Shown: positions 37,185-48,308, counted from the first letter of the stretch. The stretch is 64,000 nucleotides of DNA from Arcticibacter sp. (GCA_021155045.1 JAJNQB010000006.1:126832-190831), one strand, 5' to 3'. Program-made: numbers and translations. The notes: a model not told the origin generated them from the letters alone.

Positions 37185-37958
37185 ATGAAGTTGTCCACCT
37201 TAAAAATAATTCTTAAGAATTGCTTGCTTCAACGAAGAACATTAGGGTCTTATATTGCAACCAATACTGTCTATAGAAAAACAGATTTGAATGTAATTGA
37301 TGGACCTTTTAAAGGGCTGCAATATATCGAAAATAGTACAGGAGGAGCATATTTTCCTAAATTATTAGGAATCTATGAAAAAGAATTGACACCCAAAATT
37401 AATGAACTTTCAAAAATAAATTTTGAAGAAATCATTAATGTAGGAGGAGGAGAAGGTTGTTTTGCGGTTGGTTTTGCAACCAAATGCAAGGATGCAAATA
37501 TTCTTGCTTTTGAACCCGGTTTTTATGGTTGCTATTTGATGCAAAAAATGGCAGAGAAAAATAATGTTGCTAATCGAGTTTCAATAAAGGCACAACTGTG
37601 TTTTCCCGAAGATTTACAAGCTGCCATAAAGCCGACTAAAAAAACATTGATTTTTATGGATGTGGAGGGTGCAGAGCTACAATTGCTAAATCCAGACATT
37701 GTTCCAGCACTTTCAAAATGTTATATTATGGTGGAAATACATGATACTGTTTCACCAATCTTGGGAAATACGATTAAAAATAGGTTTTCAAAAACACATA
37801 AATTAACCGAAATATGGCAGGAAGAACGCACTATAAAAGATATTACAATTACTACCTTATGGAAATCGGTGCTTAAAAAGCAATTTGAAAAAATAATACA
37901 TGAAGGAAGGGGAAATAAAATGAGATGGTTTGTATTTGAACCAATAATTAATCTTTAG
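37185..37958 (+). CDS. FkbM-family methyltransferase
   Basis: 'NVGGGEGCFAVGFA…ANILAFEP' matches the FkbM 'D.GAN.G…A.EP' pattern. Confidence 0.55.
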   Translation: MKLSTLKIILKNCLLQRRTLGSYIATNTVYRKTDLNVIDGPFKGLQYIENSTGGAYFPKLLGIYEKELTPKINELSKINFEEIINVGGGEGCFAVGFATKCKDANILAFEPGFYGCYLMQKMAEKNNVANRVSIKAQLCFPEDLQAAIKPTKKTLIFMDVEGAELQLLNPDIVPALSKCYIMVEIHDTVSPILGNTIKNRFSKTHKLTEIWQEERTIKDITITTLWKSVLKKQFEKIIHEGRGNKMRWFVFEPIINL

Positions 37959-37970
37959 CATTTTATTTTT

Positions 37971-39227
37971 ATGCGAATTCTACTTTTATCATTGTATTAT
38001 CCTCCACTTAACACTATCGCTGCGCTAAGAATAAAAGCATTTGAAAAATATCTGACTGAGTTCGGTTTTACTGTAGATGTGATTACCAGATATTATGACT
38101 CAGAGCAACAAAAAGGACAAAGTATGTTTTTGGGAAACCAATCGGCAAAAGATTTTAAAGAAGATTATTTTAAAATTAACAATGTAATATATACCAATTT
38201 TGATGAAAACAATGAAAAGTTGGATTTCTCAAATAAATTACCAGCTATTGTTAAGGGGCTTTATAATTATTTAAATATAGACGTATTTCATTATGGTTGG
38301 ATAAAATATGCTTTGAATGCTTTCGATAATGAGTTGAGCCATAATAAATATGATTTTGTTATTGCCTCTTATGGTCCTCCTGTTTCAATGCTTTTAGCTA
38401 ATAAGCTATTTAAAAAATATAAAATTCCTTTTCTGATTGATTTCAGAGATAGTTATATTAATGAAAAAGATGTTTCTTTTCATTTAACAATGAAGCAAAA
38501 AGTTTTAAATGCTATGCTCAAAAGATCTTCGGGGCTTATTTTTTCTACGGAAGGAATGAAAGATTATTTTCTTTTGAAAACGTCACAGAATTTACAGAGG
38601 ATTCCTTCATGCATTGTTTATAATGGCGTAGAGGAGTTGTCGCAAAATGGAGATATTGAAGAAAAAAAAATAACTGAATTTTGGAAAATCCACTCTAAAC
38701 ATGATTTAATATTATTGCACGCAGGAACTTTGTATCCAGGTCAAAATGTTTCTTTTTTTATAAATTCAACAAGTAAGTTTAATACTGAAAACAATAAAAA
38801 TGTAGGAATAATATTTTTAGGGCTATCAGAAAATCGCATGAATGAAATCGAACCACTTCCTTTTATTCATTTTTTACCAAAATCAAATTATTCTACATCG
38901 TTATTCCTTCAGAAAGAGGCTGACGCCTTGATTTTGCCTATTTGGAATGGGAGGTATACTGGATTTTCAGGAAAAACTCAAGAGTATTTATATTCTGGTA
39001 ATTTTATTATTACTAGCCCAAACCCTCAGAATGATTTGAAATTATTTCTTGATATTTCACCAAATGTTAGAATTAGCAATGACTATGATTCGTTTTCAAA
39101 ATTTTTAGATGACATAATAAGTGGAAATTGTACTAAATTGCAGCTTAATAATAAAGAAAAATTATATCGATTTTTTTGGGTGAAGAGATTAGCTGAATTT
39201 TTAAGAAAATTAAAAACAAATGAATAA
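37971..39227 (+). CDS. hypothetical protein, possible GT-B fold glycosyltransferase
   Basis: N-terminal 'RILLLSLYYPPLNTIAALR' resembles a GT4 N-domain start. No clear C-terminal motif. Confidence 0.35.
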   Translation: MRILLLSLYYPPLNTIAALRIKAFEKYLTEFGFTVDVITRYYDSEQQKGQSMFLGNQSAKDFKEDYFKINNVIYTNFDENNEKLDFSNKLPAIVKGLYNYLNIDVFHYGWIKYALNAFDNELSHNKYDFVIASYGPPVSMLLANKLFKKYKIPFLIDFRDSYINEKDVSFHLTMKQKVLNAMLKRSSGLIFSTEGMKDYFLLKTSQNLQRIPSCIVYNGVEELSQNGDIEEKKITEFWKIHSKHDLILLHAGTLYPGQNVSFFINSTSKFNTENNKNVGIIFLGLSENRMNEIEPLPFIHFLPKSNYSTSLFLQKEADALILPIWNGRYTGFSGKTQEYLYSGNFIITSPNPQNDLKLFLDISPNVRISNDYDSFSKFLDDIISGNCTKLQLNNKEKLYRFFWVKRLAEFLRKLKTNE

Positions 39228-40266
39228 TCAATCATTATATTGGGTTGATAAGGCAAGGGTATGGGCATCTTTTGCTGTTGTTGTAATTCATATTAATGCC
39301 CTTTTTCTAAATATATATAGTCAAGAAATTCCAGCATTTTGGGCTTTTTCAAATTTTACTGGATCGTTGGTTCGTTGGTCAGTTCCTTTGTTTGTAATGC
39401 TTAGTGGTTTTTTATTGCTTTCATCTCAATCTCAATCATTGAGAGATTTTTTAAATAAAAAAATGAAAAGAATATTATTTCCGTTAATTGGGTGGTCTGC
39501 CATTTATTATTTGTATTTTTTTTTTAGAGCAAAATATTTGAATGGTAGTCCTTTAGTTCTTAGTAATGTGGTAAATAACTTTTTGTTGGGGAAACCATAT
39601 TATCATCTATATTTTTTGTTTTTAATTTTTGGTTTATATTTGGCAACCCCAATTTTAAAAGTATTTATTCAAAATGCATCACAGAACTTGATTAAATATT
39701 TCGTTTTTTTTTCATTATCTGTGGTTGTTATTCCTGTATTTTTAGATTATTTTTTACCCAATAAATGGTTTGGAGCAATAGTTTTAGGGAATGATTCCAT
39801 GTTTAATTTTTTTATTCAATATTTAGGTTATTTTTTGGCAGGTTTTTATATTGCAAACTATACTAGAATAACCACTTACAATGTAATTAGAGTTTGGATT
39901 ATTTTATTTTTTTCAATTTTAGTTACGATGATAGGTACTTATATATACCATGATACAGGATATTTTTACTCATATTTAAGCATAAATGTAATGTTAATGT
40001 CTCTTGCGGTATATTATTTGTTTTTTTATTACAAAAATCCTACTTCTTTTACATTTGAAAAAATTATTAGGTTTATCGCTCCGAATACATTGGGAATTTA
40101 TTTAATTCATCCTATAATATTTGAATTATTCCCCAATATTCATCAATTATCATTTAAGGTAGGTCCATTAATTGGAACGCTAATTATTTCGGTAATAGTT
40201 TATTTAATTTCACTGATTTTAGTTATTATTGCTAGAAGAATTCCAGTTGTAAGGAATATTGTATAA
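39220..40266 (+). CDS. acyltransferase family 3 membrane O-acyltransferase
   Basis: 'WVDKARVWASFAVVVIHI' and about 10 TM segments, typical of the OafA/WecH-type AT3 family. Confidence 0.8.
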   Translation: MNNQSLYWVDKARVWASFAVVVIHINALFLNIYSQEIPAFWAFSNFTGSLVRWSVPLFVMLSGFLLLSSQSQSLRDFLNKKMKRILFPLIGWSAIYYLYFFFRAKYLNGSPLVLSNVVNNFLLGKPYYHLYFLFLIFGLYLATPILKVFIQNASQNLIKYFVFFSLSVVVIPVFLDYFLPNKWFGAIVLGNDSMFNFFIQYLGYFLAGFYIANYTRITTYNVIRVWIILFFSILVTMIGTYIYHDTGYFYSYLSINVMLMSLAVYYLFFYYKNPTSFTFEKIIRFIAPNTLGIYLIHPIIFELFPNIHQLSFKVGPLIGTLIISVIVYLISLILVIIARRIPVVRNIV

Positions 40267-40274
40267 AAATAGAT

Positions 40275-40886
40275 ATGAGGCTAAAATTATATTCATTTTA
40301 TTATATCAAGTTGAGTGGCATTTATTTGCCCTTTAAGATTTGGCATACATCAAAAATAAAAATTAGAAGTACTGCTCAAATAAAATTGGGTGGGAGAATT
40401 AGTTTAGGCAATCCTGATAAAAAAAGTGCAGTAGTATCATGTTTGCCAATCAATATTTATTTTGGTGAAAATTCAAATATAAATATTGATCATTCCGTTT
40501 CTATTGGTCCGGGAGTTAATCTAATTGTAAAAGATAGTGCAAAACTTAGTATTGGAAATAACACTTATTTTACGTCCGATATGCATATAGAAGCTGTGAA
40601 CTCTCTTTCTATAGGAAACGATTGTGCGATAAGTTGGGGAGTAACAATTATTGATGATGATCATCATGAAATGCATGGTACTGAAAAGCGGGAACAGAAG
40701 AACAGCATAGTTTCTATCGGAAATAAAGTTTGGATAGGATGCAATGTTACCATTTTGAAAAACACTCATATTGGAAATAATTGTGTAATAGCTGCAGGAA
40801 GTGTTGTGAAAGGTAATTTTCCTGATAACACTTTAATCGCAGGTAATCCTGCGAAAGTAGTAAAGCAAAATATTGATTGGAAATAA
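40275..40886 (+). CDS. hexapeptide-repeat (LbH) acetyltransferase
   Basis: 'IGNDCAISWGVTII', 'IGNKVWIGCNVTILKNTHIGNNCVIAAGSVV'. Confidence 0.8.
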   Translation: MRLKLYSFYYIKLSGIYLPFKIWHTSKIKIRSTAQIKLGGRISLGNPDKKSAVVSCLPINIYFGENSNINIDHSVSIGPGVNLIVKDSAKLSIGNNTYFTSDMHIEAVNSLSIGNDCAISWGVTIIDDDHHEMHGTEKREQKNSIVSIGNKVWIGCNVTILKNTHIGNNCVIAAGSVVKGNFPDNTLIAGNPAKVVKQNIDWK

Positions 40887-40895
40887 TTAATATTT

Positions 40896-41831
40896 ATGGA
40901 TAAAAAACGCGGAATACTCATCATTGCCCAAGGCAAACAACGCTATATACACATGGCTCGCCAAATTGCTGTTTCACTTGCTTTAAGCAATCCTCATATT
41001 TCAAGAGCCCTGGTTACTGATTCTCAGGATGAGGAACTAAAAAAATATTATGATATCATCATTCCTATTGATAAGTCTTTTGGTGTTGGTTACAGCCAAA
41101 AATTATACATGAATAAATACAGTCCGTTTACTAAAACCATGTTTATTGATGTGGATTGTTTGGTAATAGATTCTATCGATTGGCTTTTTGAGCGTTTTGA
41201 TGAACATCCAGTAAGTGTGATTGGAAAAAATATAACGGCAGGACCATTGTTAGGAACAACTGTCGAAATTTTAAAATCAAAACTCGACATCAATTATTTG
41301 CCGACATTTAATGGTGGAGTCTATTATTTTGAAAAAGGAGAGAAGTCCGAACGTGTTTTTAATGAAGCTTTAGACATATTTTATAATAAATACGATGAAT
41401 TGAATTTATGGAAATTCAGCGGGCAAGCAGGAGATGAGCCTGCTATGTCAATAGCAATGGCAATGCATAATATGCAACCAATAGATGATTCGGCAAAAGG
41501 AATGTACACTCCCGTTGGACAAAGCGGAGTTTTTAAAATGGACGCATTAAAAGGATATTGCGAATTTTATAAGCATGGAGAAAAAGTTACACCGGCAATC
41601 ATGCATTTTGGCGGTGGTTACCCTGAAGCTTTTCATTACAGACGGGAAACAACAAAACTAAGCTGGGTGTATCATTATAAAATTCCCAAAGCTTTCACAA
41701 GTTTTGTGGTGAATACAATTTATAATCCTCTTTACATTGTATATGTCTTTTTATATAGGATAGTTAAAAAAATAGTGAAAGGTGGCGAACTTAAATTCAC
41801 CCCGATAATGCCTATGTTTAGATTTGAATAA
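40896..41831 (+). CDS. hypothetical protein, possible GT-A-like nucleotide-sugar transferase
   Basis: 'FIDVDCLV' may be a DxD motif. Otherwise no recognisable signature. Confidence 0.3.
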   Translation: MDKKRGILIIAQGKQRYIHMARQIAVSLALSNPHISRALVTDSQDEELKKYYDIIIPIDKSFGVGYSQKLYMNKYSPFTKTMFIDVDCLVIDSIDWLFERFDEHPVSVIGKNITAGPLLGTTVEILKSKLDINYLPTFNGGVYYFEKGEKSERVFNEALDIFYNKYDELNLWKFSGQAGDEPAMSIAMAMHNMQPIDDSAKGMYTPVGQSGVFKMDALKGYCEFYKHGEKVTPAIMHFGGGYPEAFHYRRETTKLSWVYHYKIPKAFTSFVVNTIYNPLYIVYVFLYRIVKKIVKGGELKFTPIMPMFRFE

Positions 41832-42992
41832 ATGAAAAAACAAATTCTAATCGTATATGCAAAAAGCACTGATGAAATTTTTAATCGTCAGTCGGCTTTA
41901 GGTTCCTACATCCATTGTCTGGCAGGCATCCTTGTTAAAAATGGATATGGCGTAAGAATCAATGAGATTGAATTTGATTCTATTCCCGAACAGGAAACTA
42001 GGTCGGTGGTTGCAAGCGGGCAATCTTCTTTCAAAAAATTTCTGCCGGCATTTATTAAAGAGTATTGGAGAGACAAACGCATGTATTCCTGGTTGGGGAG
42101 CTTATATACCAATATTGACAATGGAAAACCTTTTGATAAAATAGTAGAGTTTTATACTTATGGTTCTGATATAGGCTACAAGTTATCGAAAAAATACAAG
42201 AAACCTTTGTTACTGGTTTACGACAACCCTGTATTGGAAGAACATGCTTTTTTTCATACCGGACAGCTGTTCTTTAAAAAAAAGGCAGCCGAACTAGAGC
42301 AATATAGCCTGCTTCAATCACAGGCAATTGTAGTTTATTCTGAGGCTGTTAAAAATTTTCTGACGAAAAAATTCAATCGCCCGCTTCCTTGTTTCATTCA
42401 TCAAAATGTTGATTATACACGTTTTGAATATGTTGAAAATAAAACAATCGATGATGGTGTTATAAATATCGGATTTATTGGTTCTTTTCTTAAATGGCAC
42501 AGAGTAGATCTTCTGCTAAAAGCTTTTACAACATTAAAAAATGAAGGACACAATGTAAAATTGTTCTTATTGGGAAATGGGATGGATTATGAAAACATAA
42601 AACAGCAGGCAAAAAACAACAAATATGCTTCAGCTATAGAAATGCCGGGATTTATGGATGGACAGCAACTTTTAAATTATAAAATAAAATTACATATTGG
42701 TGTGATGCCCGGTTCAAACTGGTATGGCGCTCCCAACAAAATATTTGAGTACGGAGCTGCTAAAATGGCTGTCGTTGCTCCGGATACTCCTACCATCAAA
42801 AGTTTATTTAATCACAATGAAGAATTACTGCTTTTTAAACAAGACGATGAAAATGATCTAATAGCAAAACTTCGTCTTTTTATTAATGACATTGAATTGT
42901 TGAAGAAATATGCAGAAACCCTTCAGATAAAAATTAAAAACAAGTATTCCGAAAACATTACCTTTGGGTTTTATCATCAACTCCTGGAGTAA
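41832..42992 (+). CDS. GT4 family glycosyltransferase
   Basis: C-domain 'APNKIFEYGAAKMAVVAPDTPTI'. Confidence 0.7.
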   Translation: MKKQILIVYAKSTDEIFNRQSALGSYIHCLAGILVKNGYGVRINEIEFDSIPEQETRSVVASGQSSFKKFLPAFIKEYWRDKRMYSWLGSLYTNIDNGKPFDKIVEFYTYGSDIGYKLSKKYKKPLLLVYDNPVLEEHAFFHTGQLFFKKKAAELEQYSLLQSQAIVVYSEAVKNFLTKKFNRPLPCFIHQNVDYTRFEYVENKTIDDGVINIGFIGSFLKWHRVDLLLKAFTTLKNEGHNVKLFLLGNGMDYENIKQQAKNNKYASAIEMPGFMDGQQLLNYKIKLHIGVMPGSNWYGAPNKIFEYGAAKMAVVAPDTPTIKSLFNHNEELLLFKQDDENDLIAKLRLFINDIELLKKYAETLQIKIKNKYSENITFGFYHQLLE

Positions 42993-43009
42993 ATTTGGTT
43001 TAAGAATTT

Positions 43010-43999
43010 ATGAATAGTCCTAAAAATATTCCCGTATTAAATTCTTTAAGAGCTTTTGCTGCTTTGTCTGTTTGTATATTTCATTATGTATGCACAGTTA
43101 CTGGTTTTGTTACTAATGAAATAATTTTGTCAATATTTTCATTTGGGCATTACGGAGTTCAAATGTTTTTTGTAATCTCTGGGTTTATTATACCATGGTC
43201 CATGTATAACAGTAAATATAAGATTCGCAACTTCTTTACATTTACAGCAAAACGATTGATTCGACTCGAGCCTCCTTATCTTATTTCTTTGCTTATTGCT
43301 ATTGTTCATACCTATGCAAGGACATTAGGTCCGCATTATAATGGTGTGGATATTACTCCATCAGGAAAAGAAATTCTCCTTCATTTTGGTTACTTGGTTC
43401 CATTTTTTGAGGGAGCTACTTGGATACGTCCTGTTTATTGGACGCTGGCAATTGAATTTCAATATTACCTTGCAATTGGATTGCTGTTTGGGTTTATTTC
43501 CAGTAATAAAATATGGCTGAGAATTATTATCTACATACTTTTTTTATCAGGACCAGTATTGCTTAAGTCTAATTTTTTACCTTTTCATTTACCTGTTTTT
43601 TTATTGGGTATAATTGTGTATTTATATAAAACAGATATTATAAAAAGTATTGAATTATATTCCGTAGCTACTACAATACTTGTTTTTATTGGTATATTCA
43701 ATAATTTGCCTACACTGTTTTTTGCAGGATTTACATTTTTAATAATTATGTATTTTAGTCATGTGAAAAGTGCGGTAGGTGATTTTTTAGGAAATATATC
43801 TTACTCTATTTATTTATTTCATAGTTTAACAGGAATGCTCTTGCTTAATTATTTTGCTCATTCTGCTACCTCAGCCTTAATTAAACTTTTATTAATAATA
43901 GTAGCTGTGCTTGTTACTATTCTAGCATCCTGGGTAGTGTATCGTTTTGTGGAAAAGCCTTCTAAGGAATTGTCATCAAGAATAAAATATAAAAAATGA
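43010..43999 (+). CDS. acyltransferase family 3 membrane O-acyltransferase
   Basis: 'IPVLNSLRAFAALSVCIFH' and multiple TM segments. Confidence 0.8.
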   Translation: MNSPKNIPVLNSLRAFAALSVCIFHYVCTVTGFVTNEIILSIFSFGHYGVQMFFVISGFIIPWSMYNSKYKIRNFFTFTAKRLIRLEPPYLISLLIAIVHTYARTLGPHYNGVDITPSGKEILLHFGYLVPFFEGATWIRPVYWTLAIEFQYYLAIGLLFGFISSNKIWLRIIIYILFLSGPVLLKSNFLPFHLPVFLLGIIVYLYKTDIIKSIELYSVATTILVFIGIFNNLPTLFFAGFTFLIIMYFSHVKSAVGDFLGNISYSIYLFHSLTGMLLLNYFAHSATSALIKLLLIIVAVLVTILASWVVYRFVEKPSKELSSRIKYKK

Positions 44000-45144
44000 G
44001 AATAGCATTACTAACCGATGGTATCTATCCTTATGTTATTGGAGGAATGCAGAAACATTCATTCTACCTTGCCCGTTATTTTGCTCAGAATAAAATCGAA
44101 GTGGATTTGTACCATACTGCTACTGATTTTGAAGGCGCAAATCGATTAAGCTGTTTTTCTGAAAAAGAAAAAAAATACATTCATTCCATACTTATCCCTT
44201 TTCCAAAATTTGATAAATTCCCTGGTCATTATATTCGAGAAATGTATGCATATTCTAAGAATATTTTTGAACATTTAAAAATGCGTCAGAAACCAGATTT
44301 TATATATGTACAAGGTTTATGTGGGATGAAACTATTTGAAAATAGAAATCAAATTAATGCCCCAATTGGCGTTAATTTTCATGGTTTGGAAATGTTTCAA
44401 AAGGCTGCCGACATTAAAACAAAGCTGGAACAATATTTTTTTAAAGGACCAGTATTGAAATCAATGAAAAATGCGGATGTTGTTTTTTCATTGGGAGGAA
44501 AACTCAGTAAAATAATTAGTGATCAAGGAGTTTCAAAAAAAAAAATTATAGAGATTCCGATTGGAGTGGACGAAAGTTGGTTGAAAAAAAACGATCTTGT
44601 TTTTAATGATAAACGAAAATTTGTTTTTATCGGTAGATATGAAAGAAGAAAAGGAATTGAAGAGTTGTCAAATGTTATAAAAAAGCTAACGAAGCAGATT
44701 GAATTTGATTTCGATTTTATTGGCGATATACCTAAGAATAAACAAATTAAACAGAGTAACATAAAATATTACGGAAGTATTAAGGACGCTGAAAAAATAA
44801 AAGAAATTCTTAATACTGCCGATGTTTTAGTTTGTCCTAGTTATAGCGAAGGTATGCCAACTGTAATTTTAGAAGCAATGGCTTCTGGACTTGCGGTTAT
44901 AGCTACAGATGTTGGTGCTGTGAGGGAACAAGTGGATAAAACTAATGGCTTATTGATTCAACCTGGAAATATTAGACAATTAAAAGAGGTTGTTAATAAG
45001 TTTATTCAAATGGAAGGAAAAGATTTAATGAAATTAAAGTTAAACTCCATTGAAAAAATAAAAAGTAAGTTTCTTTGGAATTTTATAATTTCTCAAACAA
45101 TAAAAGAAATCGAGTTAGTAGTAAATTATAGTAAAAAGTACTAA
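43996..45144 (+). CDS. GT4 family glycosyltransferase
   Basis: 'VCPSYSEGMPTVILEAMASGLAVIATDVGAVRE' is the E-x7-E motif. Contains an A11 tract at 44535-44545. Confidence 0.85.
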   Translation: MRIALLTDGIYPYVIGGMQKHSFYLARYFAQNKIEVDLYHTATDFEGANRLSCFSEKEKKYIHSILIPFPKFDKFPGHYIREMYAYSKNIFEHLKMRQKPDFIYVQGLCGMKLFENRNQINAPIGVNFHGLEMFQKAADIKTKLEQYFFKGPVLKSMKNADVVFSLGGKLSKIISDQGVSKKKIIEIPIGVDESWLKKNDLVFNDKRKFVFIGRYERRKGIEELSNVIKKLTKQIEFDFDFIGDIPKNKQIKQSNIKYYGSIKDAEKIKEILNTADVLVCPSYSEGMPTVILEAMASGLAVIATDVGAVREQVDKTNGLLIQPGNIRQLKEVVNKFIQMEGKDLMKLKLNSIEKIKSKFLWNFIISQTIKEIELVVNYSKKY

Positions 45145-45170
45145 ATTTACAAGCATATAAATTTAAAGTA

Positions 45171-45854
45171 ATGAACGAAATAAAAATATTTATAGCAGAC
45201 AATCTTTCGGGTTTTTCGCCTAAAACCATTCCTAATTTTATTTTTAGCTTTATTGTTTGTGCGGTTTTAGCTTTTTTACTTGGAAAATTATATATTAGAT
45301 ATGGAAACTCAATATCGAATAGAAAACAATTTGCTAGAAATTTTATGGTTTTAGCAATTACAACAATGTTTATAATTTCTGTTGTAAAATCTTCTTTAGC
45401 CTTGTCTTTAGGATTGGTTGGTGCGCTTTCCATTGTTCGATTTCGATCTGCAATAAAAGAGCCAGAAGAATTAACATATCTGTTTTTGACTATTTCTATT
45501 GGATTAGGTTGCGGAGCTGGAATGTCTATTTTAACCATAATTGCTTTTATGGGATTTGCTTTAATAATTTGGATTAATGGAAAGCTTAAACAAAAAACCG
45601 ATTCTCAAAATCTTTATCTAACCATATCCTCGAATGACCCACAAAATATTAATCTAACAACAATTGTAGAGCATTTAAAAAAAGAATGTGATTATATTAA
45701 ACTTAAAAGATCAGATGAAACCCCAAATGGTATAGAAGTTTCTTTTTTTGTTGAATTTGAGACGTTTGAAAAACTGGAAAAAGTAAAAAGCGAACTTAAA
45801 ACACTACACCCAGATATTTCTATAACCTTCATGGACAATACCAGAGAATTATAA
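45171..45854 (+). CDS. DUF4956-family membrane protein
   Basis: 'LGLVGALSIVRFRSAIKEPEELTYLFLTISIGLGCGAG' is the conserved DUF4956 core. 4 TM segments. Confidence 0.6.
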   Translation: MNEIKIFIADNLSGFSPKTIPNFIFSFIVCAVLAFLLGKLYIRYGNSISNRKQFARNFMVLAITTMFIISVVKSSLALSLGLVGALSIVRFRSAIKEPEELTYLFLTISIGLGCGAGMSILTIIAFMGFALIIWINGKLKQKTDSQNLYLTISSNDPQNINLTTIVEHLKKECDYIKLKRSDETPNGIEVSFFVEFETFEKLEKVKSELKTLHPDISITFMDNTREL

Positions 45855-46546
45855 TGAATTCTATCGAAAAGAAACTGGTTGAAAATTTACGATATGAACG
45901 TAAGTACTTAACTATGGAATATTCTGTTGGAGAAGTTGAACAGATTCTAAAGTATAACATTGGTTGTTTTTCCGAAATATATTCTCCCAGAACAGTTAAT
46001 AATATCTATTTTGATACATTAGATTTCCATAGCTATAATGAAAATGTGACTGGAGATAAGGAAAGACTCAAAATTAGAATAAGATGGTATGGATCTCTTT
46101 TTGGCGAAATCAAAAGTCCTCAGTTAGAATTTAAAATAAAAAATGGTTTGTTAGGTTACAAAAAAAATTATGAACTAAACCCATTTGTTCTAGATTCTAA
46201 CTTTAATCAATCTCAAATAAATGCTGCTATTTATAATTTACCCATTAGTATTAGAAATCAAATATCAGCCAATTATCCTACTTTGTTAAATTCTTATTTT
46301 CGAAAATATTATATATCTAAAGATAAAAAAATTAGAGTAACAATTGATTCGAATTTGAAGTATTATAAAATTAACTATACTCAAAATTATTTCTTAAATA
46401 AAACACTCAACGATAAATCTGTTATTGTTGAATTAAAATATGGAGAGTCCGATATTGAAGAAGCCATGCAAATTTCAAATGATTTTCCTTTCACATTAAC
46501 AAAAAATTCAAAATATTTAACAGGTGTTGATCGTGTGCTTTTTTAA
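45854..46546 (+). CDS. VTC (polyphosphate-polymerase/CYTH-like triphosphate tunnel) domain protein
   Basis: 'RYERKYL…IYFDTLDFHSYNEN…RLKIRIRWYG' has the VTC/CYTH-like signature. Soluble, 230 aa. Confidence 0.6.
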   Translation: MNSIEKKLVENLRYERKYLTMEYSVGEVEQILKYNIGCFSEIYSPRTVNNIYFDTLDFHSYNENVTGDKERLKIRIRWYGSLFGEIKSPQLEFKIKNGLLGYKKNYELNPFVLDSNFNQSQINAAIYNLPISIRNQISANYPTLLNSYFRKYYISKDKKIRVTIDSNLKYYKINYTQNYFLNKTLNDKSVIVELKYGESDIEEAMQISNDFPFTLTKNSKYLTGVDRVLF

Positions 46547-46555
46547 AGAAACAAA

Positions 46556-48304
46556 ATGAAACCAGTACTTAATAGAAGGAATAATAATGAGTTGAATCGG
46601 AAATATATAAAAATATTTTTTTTTATTGTGTTAGCCGCTTTCTTTTGTTTCTTTTTTTTGTTTTATTTTTATTCAGAAACAGATAAGATAAATTCTGCTT
46701 TAGCTTTATCAGAAAAACTAGAAAGACCCACTTCCACACAAGAGAGCGGGTTGTATAATTCCCCTATCTTATTGAAATTAGAAGATAATAATAATACTAC
46801 TCAAATATTCTATACGCTTGATGGAAGTGAGCCATCAGTTAACTCTATTGAATATAAAAAACCTTTTAAAATAGAATGTAATAATAATACAAATCATTTA
46901 TCTAATATTCCCACTTCTCCTAGATGGAAGCCTCCGATTGGAGATGTTTTTAAAGGAACCATTTTAAGGGCTATTTGCGTTGATAAAATTAATAATATTA
47001 AAAGTAAAGAGCTGATTAAATCATTCTTTATAAATGCAGAGGAAAAAAATGAATATTCTATCCCTGTTGTTTCTATTGTAATTAATAAAGAAGATTTTTT
47101 TTCATATAAAAAAGGGATATACGTTTTAGGGAAAAATTATGAAGACAAGAGTGATTATATTAAAAAAAAATATAGTTTGGATATGCCATGGTGGTCTTAT
47201 CCTGCAAACTATTTGTCTAAGGGAAAAAATGCAGGCAGAAAGATTTGGATTGAATATATAAATACAAATAATACAGTTTCTTTTTCTACTTATGCTGAAG
47301 CAAAAATAAATGGAAATGCAACTAGGGGCTTTGCTCAAAAATCTTTAAGAATTTCATTAGATTCAAAAATGGGGAAAGAACATGTTGATGGAATTAAGAT
47401 AGACACCATTTTTAAAAATAAAATTTATTCTTTTGTATTAAGAAATTCGGGGAACGACTGGGATAAAACTTTATTTAGAGATGAGTTTATGCAGTCATTA
47501 ATGGTAAAAACTAATTTATCAACTCAAAGTTCTATTCCTGTGCTTGTTTTTATAAATGGTGAATATTGGGGAATTCATCATTTGAAAGAAAAAATTGATG
47601 AATTTTATTTTTCTGAAAAGTATGGTTTGAATATAGATAGTTTAACTATATTAGAAAACATGGGAACTTTAGTTTACGGCAGTAAACAGGATAGTAAAGA
47701 ATTTGAAAAATTACTTGATTTTTGCAAAAATAAAGACCTATCATTGAAAATCAATTACGATTATCTCTCAAAAAAGATTGACATCGAAAATTTTATGGAT
47801 ATGATAATTGCCAATGTTTATTTCTGTAATTCTGATTGGCCAAACAATAATGTGAAATATTGGAGAAATAATAATAAGGTTGTTTGTGCTGATTCCATAA
47901 GGGCTGGAGATGGGAGGTGGCGCTGGATATTATTTGATACAGATTGGGGATTTGGGTACACTAGTAGCAATGCTTATGAGTTGGATTTGCTTGATAAGGC
48001 TAAGCATGTAGGTAGCGTTGGGGTGATTTTTAGCTCATTATTAAAAAATCAAGATTTTTTAACTAAATTTAAAATAAGGTTCAATTATCATTTATTAAAT
48101 ACTTTTGATAATGAAAAAGTGGAGCACCTGATTAATGATTTTCAAAAAAAATATTCTCCAGAAATACAAGAACATATAAATCGATGGAGAATAATTGGTT
48201 CGGTTAAAAATTGGGATAAAAATGTTGAAGATTTGAAAATATTTTCTAAAAAGAGAATGGAAATACAAAAAAAGCAATTAGATTTTTTTTTAAAAAATCA
48301 ATAA
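46556..48304 (+). CDS. CotH-family atypical protein kinase, N-terminally membrane-anchored
   Basis: 'FVLRNSGNDWDKTLFRDEFMQS…VLVFINGEYWGIHHLKEKID' and 'NVYFCNSDWPNNNVKYW…RWRWILFDTDWGFGY' are CotH motifs. N-terminal TM. Confidence 0.75.
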   Translation: MKPVLNRRNNNELNRKYIKIFFFIVLAAFFCFFFLFYFYSETDKINSALALSEKLERPTSTQESGLYNSPILLKLEDNNNTTQIFYTLDGSEPSVNSIEYKKPFKIECNNNTNHLSNIPTSPRWKPPIGDVFKGTILRAICVDKINNIKSKELIKSFFINAEEKNEYSIPVVSIVINKEDFFSYKKGIYVLGKNYEDKSDYIKKKYSLDMPWWSYPANYLSKGKNAGRKIWIEYINTNNTVSFSTYAEAKINGNATRGFAQKSLRISLDSKMGKEHVDGIKIDTIFKNKIYSFVLRNSGNDWDKTLFRDEFMQSLMVKTNLSTQSSIPVLVFINGEYWGIHHLKEKIDEFYFSEKYGLNIDSLTILENMGTLVYGSKQDSKEFEKLLDFCKNKDLSLKINYDYLSKKIDIENFMDMIIANVYFCNSDWPNNNVKYWRNNNKVVCADSIRAGDGRWRWILFDTDWGFGYTSSNAYELDLLDKAKHVGSVGVIFSSLLKNQDFLTKFKIRFNYHLLNTFDNEKVEHLINDFQKKYSPEIQEHINRWRIIGSVKNWDKNVEDLKIFSKKRMEIQKKQLDFFLKNQ

Positions 48305-48308
48305 AATT

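Noticed and set aside
39516-48290. A/T homopolymer runs of 9-10 (e.g. T10 at 39516-39525, T9 at 39704-39712, A9 at 47162-47170, T9 at 48283-48291) as phase-variation sites
   Set aside because: At about 30% GC, runs of 9-10 are expected several times per 64 kb by chance. Only the runs of 11 or more in glycosyltransferases are flagged.
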